NCBI GenBank assembly: GCA_958009085.1
Contig: OY253671.1
Coordinates: 930,001-994,000, forward strand
Direction of reading: 5' to 3'
DNA length: 64,000 bases
DNA from: Protoeuglena noctilucae
Taxonomy: Eukaryota
Positions 38,701 to 48,876 of this stretch are shown piece after piece; the stretch's first letter is position 1; each line of letters opens with the position of its first letter. A program made the translations under genes and the position numbers. Under the pieces are notes generated by a model. That model ran no database searches. It was not told the origin of the DNA and worked only from the letters and a program-made list of their open reading frames with translations.

Positions 38701-39414
38701 CGTATCGCAGTGGTACCAGCGCGCCTGGGCCGACGACGCGTTTGTGGAGGAGGTGGCGCAGAGGTGAGGCTGGAGGGTTGCTTGGCATGCGTGCATGCGT
38801 GAGGGGTGCAGAGGTGGGGCTGGCAGCTCACTTGGCATGCAATGGCGCCGGCTTATTCCGTCGATAATCCCGCGTCACCCCTCCCCGCCCCACGGTGCAG
38901 GTGGGCGGAGCTGCGGGCCGGCCCCATGAGCCAGCAGACGGTGCTGGGGCAGTTTGACAAGATGAAGGCCCGCATCAACTCAGCCGCGCTGCGCAACGGC
39001 ATCCGCTGGAAGGACCGACTGCTCGACAAGTACTGGACGTCCTGGCCCGCCCGATGGGCCTCAGAGACCGAGTCGGTGACGAGCCCTGTCGCTGTTGTGA
39101 CGCCCACTGCGCCCATCGATGTTGCGCAGCGGTCCTCGCCCATGCACAGCCACGGGGTGGTTTAGGATTTGTCCAGGCGGCGCACAGCATGACGTGGAGT
39201 CGCCTCGTGTCGTGCGCAGATGCGGTCGTGGCTGGCGGACCACATGGAGTGGATGGACAAGGCGCTCCAGGACGAGGTGACGAAGAGGAAGGCAGGGACC
39301 GCAGTGTCGCCGCCGTCTCTGGCGCCCGCTGCACCGCCCGCCTCGGGACCGGGCATGCCCGTCTCGGCTGCTGCACCGATCGTCAGCGCTGCGTCTGGCC
39401 CGGCCGGGCCGTGA
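35711..39414 (+). CDS. Secreted lamin-tail-domain (LTD) + CotH-family atypical protein kinase
   Basis: Signal peptide MWRVLLGPFACLALVSVVRA. LTD: VVINEVD...IELLN...SLKGW...SFGRVPDGTG...PTMGAPN. Pro/Ala linker. CotH motifs: RRGSSSQ, KKSFALKL, MLGMPTEKHWALYGPELDKS, LRNYMAY, YEGIYLFLE, YIDVPSFINY, DGYRDSTYMHK, GPLWDFNEAFG. Confidence 0.9.
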
Positions 39415-39790
39415 GCTAGAGGCAAGCAGCGGCCTGACTCCACGCACAGGCTCTGGCAGCTTGTCTATGCCAAGGAAGCTATCGCCAACAATGGCCCTTG
39501 AGTAGCCGGGTGTTGAAATGAGCTTTGTCCATATCTCACTAATCTCATTCGCATATCCCCAATGCCGCTGTCCGATGGTTGTTGATGCAGTTAGAGATGC
39601 CATCGGGTGTGTAGCCAGCGCGAGCGGGAAGCTGGAGACGGAGGGGAGAGGCTCGTCAGTGTCAGATGTGCCATCCCGCCTCGCAATGCCCGACCGCGAA
39701 CCGCTGGCCTTGCAACTCGCGGTCTTCGTGCACCCGACGAGCTCGTCAGCATGCAGTCTCGCTGACCCAGCCCGGCCCTTCGCTCCTGTC

Positions 39791-42733
39791 ATGGCGTCCA
39801 CGGCAATCCGGCGCATCCGGCGCTCCTCGGTCGCGCGGATCGGCGAGCACCTCTGCTCGTCCAGCTCCTTCGGCGACTGGGCCGGGGGGACCGCGCCGGC
39901 CCTCGCAGGATGGCGCCAGCGGAGGGACGCGAGCACGGCACCGGCTGGCGCTCCAGCCACCAGTTTCGTGGCCTGCGCCATTGGGGAATTCAGCAAGTTC
40001 GACCCGGAATCGCAGACCGTGCGGTACACTCCGGGGAGCCAGGAGGCCCGGAGCCTCCTGGCGCAGCTGCAGGAGCTGGCGGGGCAGCAGGAGCACTTTG
40101 ACACGGTCTCACGGGTGCGTGCCGCTCCGCGCCGGGTCCCCGCGGACGGTCGACCGGCCCGCCGCGACACGCGCGTACCTATCCGCAAATGCAGGCGATC
40201 GCGGACACGCTGACGCTGGTCCACGACGCGTCGGGCATGCCCCACTGGGCCACCCTCGCAGTGTGCACGGTGGCTCTCCGAGCGGCCCTGTTCCCGCTGA
40301 CAGCCCTGTCCATGCGCAGCATGACGGTGAACGCGGCAATCCTGCGCACCGCCGGGATCGTCGCGGCCCGCGAGGGGAAGTCTCGGTGGGACCTGTTCCG
40401 GCGAGCCCGCCACAACGCACGCGCCCCTGGGCTGTGGTGGCCGGTGGTCAATGCGGGGGTGCAGCTGCTCGCGCTGGTGGAGCTGGCGCGCACCGTACGG
40501 AAGATGGCCTTCGTCGGCTGGCCAGGGTTCCACAACGAGGGCCCTCTGCTCTTCGACGGCAAGCTCACCTCTTTGCTGGTAGGTGTCGCGCTTGGGCCTG
40601 GCACGGGCGAGGTGCTTGCGGGAGCGCTGCAAGACGCCCGTGCGTCTCTTACCGCAGACGCCGCCCATCAACATCGGCGGGCCTTTCCAAGAATACTTTG
40701 GGTCCCTCCTTCCGATGGGCATTGAAGGCACAGCACTGCCCATCGCAACAGGTGGCGGGCAGATGCAGGCACTCGATCAGCGCCTTCCTTTGCGACTGCC
40801 TTGATGACCCTGGCCTCCACCCGTGGCTCCCCGCAGTGCTCCTGGCAACCGCATACACATCCCGAACAATCAACCGCCTCTATGCGGAGTTCTTCCCCGA
40901 AGGACCGGATGGGAAGCCCAAGGTTGGTGCTGGTGTTGCACTAGACCTGCTTCTCTGCTTTTCGTCAATGATACTCGGTACCCAAGAGCAGCGCACATGG
41001 CGCGGGCACTGAGGTGGCGATGCGCGCGTGCCGGGCGCAGGTGGTGCACCAGTTGGACACCCGGGAGCTCCCCAAGATGGAGAATATGGAGAAATTCCAG
41101 CTGGCCCTTCCCATGATCGTGTCGTTCGCGTCCATGACCCTCAACATGCTCTCCATCCCGCTGATGTACTCCCGTGAGTCTGCCCCATGCTACGCACCGC
41201 ATGCCTTGCAAAGGCATCTCCTGCACAGGCTCGGGACCTGTCCAGGACGCCGTTCGCTCGCGCAGCAACCTCTCCCGGTCTCACTGTCCGCCCCGCAGTG
41301 CTCACGAGCCCCCAAGCCATATCCTATGTGGTCGCTCCTTCGCTCCTCATGTCCCTCACCGTCTCTGAACTGAGGACCCTCCCTCCCGTCCAACACGCCA
41401 TCCTCGGCAAGGTTTTCTCCGAGGTGCGCAGAACCCAAGCCTAGCGCAGCGGCTCGCTTGCCGCCTTGCCTCCCGCCCCAATGCTGCGTATCGCCTGCCG
41501 CTGACGTGGGCACGCCCTGCGCTCTGTGGACTGGACATGCTGGCTTGGTGCCTGCGTTCACACGTCAAAGACCTGGCTGCAGGAGATATACGGGTCGAAG
41601 CAGAGGCAGTCCGTTACGCGCCCAGCACTCGACTCAGCGCCAGTGCCACCCGCGTCGACCTCTGCCTCTTCGCCTGCAAAGGTGACGGGAGCAAGTTGCA
41701 TGGTAGACACGTTTCATAGCAGCTGTATGCTGTTATCAGCAAACCCTACCCTCGCGTTTCCCCATCTCTTCAGGGCCCAACCGCTCCCGCAAGCCACGCC
41801 GTGCTGCTGTTGGGTGGCGCCCTGGGTCGCGTGGGGCACGTGGCTGGGCCCGAGGCCGAGCTGCTGCGCCGCGCAGCCTCCGCCGTCGTGCAGCAGGCCA
41901 ACGCTGCAGAGGAGGCGTGGAGCTTGCCGGTGAGCATGGGGTGGGGCAAGCGAGCCAGTGAGCATGGGAAGGGTGAGCGACGGATTGAGCAACAGAGACG
42001 ACTAAGAGGATGCTGCTATAGCTGTGTCGAGAACCTCGCAACCCTTGCGAGTCGAGGGAACGTGTTAGCCTGTTTGCCTGGCCTCAGGAGGGCCCCTCAC
42101 GCGCTGAACAGGAGGGCGCTCTGGGTGCCAAGCAGCAAGCGACGAGGGAGGAGCTGCGTGGGTTGCTGGAGGCGAGTGGCCAGTCATGTCATCTGTCGTG
42201 GATTCAGCATTGGGCCTCCACAGCACGTTTGTCAGGACAGCGGTGCGATGCCGACCCGGGTGCCCCCTACGCAGGGCGATAAGCTGACTTTCGAGCAGCG
42301 GCGTCTGGCACTCCTGGCGCTGGGATGCTCCCTGTTGACGCTCCCGAGGAGTCTCCCGGATGAGGCTGTGGAGTTTATGTCACGTGCCTCGCGGATGAGC
42401 CCAGACGACAAGAGCGCAGCCACGTGCCTGTCCATCGGTGAGCGTGCTGCGAGTACTAGCAGGGTGTCTGTTGGAGAATCAACTGGATACTGCAACACAA
42501 TCGCTCAGGGTTTGCTGCATGGGAGGGGTGGACTGGGAGGGGTGGTCGATGCAGCGCTGGGATGCTGAGATGTGGCAAGGTGTCTGCCCGTGCCGCTCGC
42601 AGCATTGGTTGCCGCGGGGCGCAAGGGGGAGGCGGAGAAGGTCCTGCGGGGCCAGGGTCTGCTGGCAGGCCGCGCACTGCAAGTGCAGGACGCAAGTGAC
42701 GGCGAGCGGGGTGGCGCGGGGGCCTTCAAGTGA
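39791..42733 (+). CDS. Oxa1/YidC/ALB3-family membrane insertase, mitochondrial (COX18/OXA2-like) with C-terminal helical-repeat (TPR-like) region
   Basis: Arg/Ser-rich presequence MASTAIRRIRRSS. LVHDASGMPHWATLAVCTVALRAALFPL, RKMAFVGWPGFHNEGPLLF and LPPVQHAILG resemble the family. Ala/Leu helical C-terminal exons. Confidence 0.7.
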
Positions 42734-43065
42734 TGTGCGCCTGGTTATTATGAAAAATTGATAGTGGGTCTGTTAGAGCACGTTTGCAACGAGGCGTCAG
42801 GGCAGAGGCTGAAAGGGCCTTGAAGAGGGCACAAAAAGGGAGAGGGGTGGCATCTACCGTGGTTCTACCGTGTAGGGTGGAGCTGCTGTGGAGCACACGG
42901 ACGGTGACGCCGATACTGAAAGGACAAAAATCGAATAAATGTGTGCTGCGAGTCGTAGGAGTCGGCTGCCGTGGGGTCAGTGCGGCCGACCGTGATGGCG
43001 TGGTGTGGATTGGTGTGCACCCCAATACATCTGATATACGAGCCCCCCATTGGGACTGGGATGGC

Positions 43066-46000
43066 TCAGACGTTGTCTCGAGTGCCTGTTCGCCGAACGA
43101 CCTGCTGGCCCATCTGGATGCTGGGAGGGGTCGATCCGTTGACGGGAGACTGGTCGTCGTGGTCGCTCTCGGTGGGCGGCAGAAGCGCCGTGGCCCCCTG
43201 GATCGGCAAATCCTGAGCAACTGCATTGAGCAGAGATACACAGAGCAATCGCGACCTGACACCGCTCCTCTCCCCATGACATAGGATAGGGAGACTGGCG
43301 CACCACACACACGGGGTGGGATGGCCATGCAGTGTTTGCGACACGCTTATCAGTCCAAGCCAGCGCCACCCTCGCCCTCTCTCGCCTGAAGTCTGCGATT
43401 TCCGGAAGAGGCGCAGCACTGCTTGTAATATGCTGCGCCCGCCCAAGACGACCACCGCCAGCACGACCGAGGCGATGAGGATGAGGTACCAGAAACGGTG
43501 CAGGGCGGCCGCCAGAATGGCCACCACGGCCACCAGGAGCTGCAGCGGCGCCCCGAAGCGCAGGAAGTCGGCGAACTTGTACCCGCCCGCTCCGTACACC
43601 ATGAGGTTGGTCTGGTAACCGAACGGCGACAGGAAGGCGGCACTCGCGCCCATCTGCAGGGCAGGCAGGGTACCCACGACGCATTGGCTGGGAGCTAAGG
43701 GGCGCAAGCAAGGCGCCGCGGGTCAGAGTGGCGCCGGGGAGGGGCATGGCAGTGGCCAGGAGCGGCTGGGCATGCCAAGGGAACGAAGGTGACACGGTAA
43801 CGCAGGGTGACACGCATTAGACACGCAGTTGACGAAGGCACGGTAACGAACATAGTACTATCATCTAGAGCTGGCTATGGGCGCTGTCATCGAGCCACCC
43901 GAAGCATCCACGCACCATGATGAGGATGAGCGTCTGTTTGAGGTCGATGGCCTGCAGGCGGCTGGCCTCCACGGCGATGGGGAACATGAGGGCGGCCGCG
44001 GCGTTGTTGGCGATGATGTTGGAGAGGAGAGCCGTGGCGATGTACAGGGCGCCCTGCACGCCGATGCCCCCCACTTTCATCGCCTTGCCGCCCTTGACTG
44101 CGGGCGCGTCAGGCGAGCCAGGGGCAGAGAGTCAGCGACACAGATTACACAGCAAGTTGCGTGGGTCAGCCACAACGAGCTGCCACGGCATGAGGACCGT
44201 GCATTGCCCCTCACCGAGGACGTCTGCGATGGCCCTGGCGACCCCGGAGGCCTGGAGCGCCGCAGAGATGCCGAACGCAGCGGAGATGGCCACGAGGATG
44301 TCCCACTTCACGGCCTGCCTGGCCTCGGCCACACTGAGGCACCGGGCGAGCAGCATGACGGCTGCGGCGAAGGTGGCGGCCACGAAGAGGTCCAGGACCT
44401 TGGGGATGTAGAGCGCGATCATGCCGGCGAGGGCCAGGCAGCCGATCCAGAGCTTGTCCATGCGTGGCGGCGCGCTGCCCTCAAGCGACGACACGAGGGC
44501 GAAGGCGGGGCTCTTGGCGTGCTCCTTCATGAAGGACGGGCCGGCCTCCATCAGGAGCACGTCCCCCGGCTGCGACAGGGAGAAGAGCGGGCAAGTTGGA
44601 ACTGTCCATGTCGCCTATCCTGTCGCTCTCAGCACACAGCAAGGTGTGTCGGTAACCGCACAGCCTTGCTCCACCGTGCGCGCTTGCTCCTCGCACCTGC
44701 AGCTCGACGTCGCCGACCCTCATCTTGAGCCGCTGGCCCTGCCGGTGCACCCCGATGATGGCCGCGGAGAATCGGGTGCGGAACTGCAGCTCGCGGACCG
44801 TCTTCCCCGCCAGGCCACCGTGCGCCGCCACCACCGCCTGGACCAGGAACCTCTGCAGCATGGGGGCGGGAGGGCGGAGGCTGTCATGTCACCCTCTCCC
44901 ACAACGGGGCTGTGTCAATGGCCACCCGGTGAAGCACACCCTCACGTCCAGGCGGTGGTCTTTGAGCTTGTCGACTTGGTCCGTCTGAGGCACCACGCCG
45001 GGGATCTTGCGCAGGCCAGTGACGCCGTCTAAGTCGCCCGCGAACCACAGCACGTCTCCCCTGCGAGAAAAGCACGATCCTCGGTCTGATACGATGTTCG
45101 CAACCCGCCTGCGAGCAATGGCACCCGCCGCCACAACGCTCCCGTCTCACTTCATGATCACTTCGTCCGGCCCTACGGCGTTGATGTGCTGCCCCGTAGC
45201 ACGTTCCAGCGCCACCAGGAATGTCGCAGGCAGGTTGCGCAGCCCGGCATCCTGCACCGTCTTGCCCAGGATGGGGCTCCGGTCTTGCACCACCATGGCG
45301 ATCATGAACTCCTTCTCTATGTCAGCAGACCCCTCGGCACCGGACCCGTTCGCATGCCCCATCTCGGACACCACGAAGTTGGCCTGCATGTCCGCGTCTT
45401 GCCAGTCAAACGCCGGTCCCGCGTTCATCACCAGCTGGTCCCCCGCCTGGACGCAAAGCAAAGGAGGTCGTCAATCCAAGTCTGGCATACACATACCAGC
45501 CCCGGCTGCACTGGCGGTCTCAGCAATGGTCTCCGCTTGTTCACTGCACGTCGCGAGGCTCACCTCGAGCACGGCCAGGCCCAGCTTGCCCCCGACGTGC
45601 TTGCCGTTCCTGCGAATGGCCACCACCGACGCCCCGAAGCGGCTGCGGAAGGACAGGTCCTTCAGGCGCCCACCCACCACGGGCGCCCCTAAACGCACCG
45701 TCGCCCGCACCAGCGCAAAGCCGGACTGCCCGAAACCCCCCACCGTCGCGGCGCCCCCGCCCGACGACCCCGCGCCGCCCGCCCCCCGGCCCGCCGCGCC
45801 TTCCATGGGCGCCACCGCCGCGACCCCGCCCGTCGTGGACCGCCGGCCGATCATCGCCATGGAGTCTCGCTCCTCTTCCTCGGCCCCCACCAGCACCAGG
45901 CCCATGCGCGCGCAGAGGTCCCCGATGCGGTCCGGCATCCCCGTGAACTCCAGGCGGTCCCCGCCCGCCAGCACGCAGTCCGGGCCCACGGCGGGGATGG

Positions 46001-47064
46001 CCCGGCCGTGCCGCACGACAGATGCCAGGAACAGGCCCTCGGGGAGGCCACGCAGGCCCGCCTCCGTCACCGTCTTGCCCACCAGCGGCGACGCGTTCGG
46101 CACCTGCAGAGAGAACGCGTTGCTGTGTTGGGCAACTAAGACGCCAAGCGACGTCCCGAGTTGGGATGGAAAGCGCACAGCACATGGCGAGGCGGCTGCA
46201 AGGCACCTGTGTGACGTAGAGGTAGTGCTCGTTGTCTGCTTCCGTGAGTGCGTTGCCGGGGAGCAGTCGGTCTGAGAAGAGGGCCATGTACACGAGCCCA
46301 GCGACGGCCACGGGGAGACCTGAACCGGGGGTGGTGGCAGCGGGTCATCTGGCTGTATGCGACGGTGTCCATGGCCGACTCAGAGGGCCGACGAGCGTGG
46401 GCTTAGTGCTTCCCTCTCACGCTTCGCTCACCGATCGGCGCCAGGTCCAGCAGGGCGAACTTGATCCCCTGCCCAGACGCGAGGCCCGCCACGACGAGGT
46501 TGGTCGAGGTGCCGATGAGCGTGACGGTCCCGCCGAGGATCGAGGCGAAGGAGAGCGGGATGAGGAGCTTGGTGGCGCTGATGTTGCACTTGCGGGACCA
46601 GGTGACCACCAGGGGCACCATGATGGCCACGATGGGCGTGTTGTTGAGGAACGCGGACGCGACCATCGTCGGCACCAGCAGCCGCACCTGGGCCGCCGCC
46701 AGGGAGCGGGGCTGGCCCAGGAGCCGGGAAAGGACGTAGTCCAGGGCGCCGGTCTCCGAGAGGCCCGCCGCCACGACAAAGAGCACCGCCACGGTGAGCA
46801 CGGCCGAGTTGGAGAAGCCGCTCGTGCCCTCCTTCACCGTGATGATGCGCGCCGCGATGTAACAGACGTCGATGAACAGCATCACTGCGGATGCATCGAC
46901 AAAAGGCGAGCGTGGGGCGAGCCGACCGCATGCAGACAAGGGGGGAACTTGCGTCGCGGCCTGGGCGGCGGCGCACCGTAATCTGGAGGGGCCCAGTCCT
47001 TCAGCAGAACCGCGAACGCCCCGACCAAAAGGACGGCCACGAAGATGCCCTCCCAGAGCGCCAT
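43066..47064 (-). CDS. SLT: SLT-type sodium/sulfate cotransporter (SLC13/CitMHS with TrkA-C domains)
   Basis: [55 protein letters not shown], several TrkA-C repeats ([22 protein letters not shown]), [40 protein letters not shown]. Confidence 0.93.
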
Positions 47065-47520
47065 CGTGACCCCCACGGGCACTGCCCGGTCGTCTCGCCG
47101 GCCGCGGCTGCGTATGACGCGCACGCCCTCAGCGCGCGAGTCTCAAAGCGTCGATGATCGTCCCTAGATTCGAGGGACTCAGATATATCGGCGATGTCGC
47201 AGCCCGGCGCGAAGCGCGGCCCCCCTGGACTGCGTCACTGCAGCCGCCCTCCCTCGCGCGGAGAGCCAACGGAGCGAAGGTCCGTCGAGTCCCCCGGGTT
47301 CGCAAGACGTCCGATGTCCCCCCGCCGCGCCCTTGCTGGCCGATGTCGCCGCCTCGCCCGTGCCAGTGCCCGGGTCGGGTATAGCCTGGTGTGGCTGGGC
47401 GCTTTGCTGTCCTCGCGACGCCCGGGTGCTCCGCCAGTTCCCTCGTGCAACTGCCGTCGGACTTGTCCTTGCTACCCATCCCGGCCTCCCGGGTCTCTTA
47501 GAGCCAAACCAGCGCTTCCG

Positions 47521-48745
47521 ATGGCCGCTGTCGCCTCCCCCGCGACCTGCGCGCGTGCGCAGGCGACATTGTCGCGCCGGCCCACCGCCGTCACGGCCCT
47601 GCGTCTGCAGCGCGCGCGCGGGGGGGTGACTCGCGCCACCAGCGCGCATGGGGGGGCCGCGCAGGAGGCCATGTCGGGAGAATGGCCCTCAAACTGGTCG
47701 ATCGCTAGCTACGAGGTGGGTTGGGCCCTCGGGAGGCCTTCTTTTGCCCCCGTCAGCCCTAACGACCACCCGCGCGCCGCTGGGGCCCTCTCGCGCGGTT
47801 CGGACTCCCGTCCGCGGCCGCGTTGTGACATTTTGCCACTCACCGGTCGGGGGGGAGTCCGGCGGCCTCGCACGGGGCCTCCGCTGGCTGCTTTGCCCGT
47901 CGAGATCTCCGTTACAGCCGTCCCGCCGAGTCGGGCGCCTCCCGATGGACGGCTTCCTCCGTACCCGTCTCCTTGGTTGTTTCGGAGCGCGATCCCTCGT
48001 CCGGACGGCTCCTGGCTCTGTGTTTGCGCCGGGCCAGCACGACGGGGTCCCGGGCGTGCCGATCGCGCTGACTGCGCACGCATCGGCTTCCTTTCGCCCC
48101 TTGACGGATGTCGGTGCACAGCTGGGCCGCTTGCGAGCCGAGCCGCGCGCTCCCGCCCCGGCATGCAGGACCTCGCGGAGTTCTACAAGGGTAAGCTGAA
48201 GGAGGAGGTCGCGGCCAAGGCCGGGACGCCCGTGGAGGACGTCATGTCCACGCGCCTGTTCACCACGACGCCCAGCACGCCGCTGGACAAGGCGAGCGCG
48301 GGCAGCCGGGGGCAGCGCGTGCCCGCACGCGACGAGGCGGAGGTTACAACATGCCCCGCGTGCTCCCTCCCCGCAGCTGGACTTCGGCCCCGTCTCGGGC
48401 ATGCCGGTGATGCAGGGCAGCAGCATGGTGGGCATCATCTCCAAGCAGGACCTCGGGAAGCCCGGCAAGGTGGTGGAGGACGTCATGACCAAGGTGAGAG
48501 GGGCGAAGGTGGTGGGGAGGGCGCTCGCTCGCGGCGAGGCGTCTCGGCGTCTCGCAACGCAAGGCTCTCCGACCCCGCAGCGTGTGGTGGTGACGACGCG
48601 CAAGGCGACGGTAGAGCAGGCGGCCATCATGATGCTCAAGTACAAGGTGCACCGCCTCCCCGTGGTCGACGAGGGCGCCAAGGTCGTGGGCATGATCACG
48701 CGCACGGACGTCTTCAGCGCCATGGAGCATGACCTCGGCATGTGA
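47521..48745 (+). CDS. Chloroplast CBS-domain pair protein (CBSX-like)
   Basis: Transit peptide MAAVASPATCARAQ. VEDVMST...VSGMPV...VGIISKQDL and VEDVMT...MMLKYKVHRLPVVDEGAKVVGMITRTDVF. GC donor at 48292. Confidence 0.9.
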
Positions 48746-48876
48746 TGGGCGTGGGATGGTGCGCGCTAGTGAGAGTCAGCCGCCCCCACTCCCGGCCTCA
48801 ATTCACCGGTCGCCGTGCTGGCGTTGGCAACCTTTGATTGTCAATAGCGTTATGAAGTTCGAATGCTCTGGTCGCG

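Noticed and set aside
35711..39414. Bacterial contamination for the CotH gene
   Set aside because: It has many spliceosomal introns, including local-style GC-AG ones, and is contiguous with eukaryotic genes.
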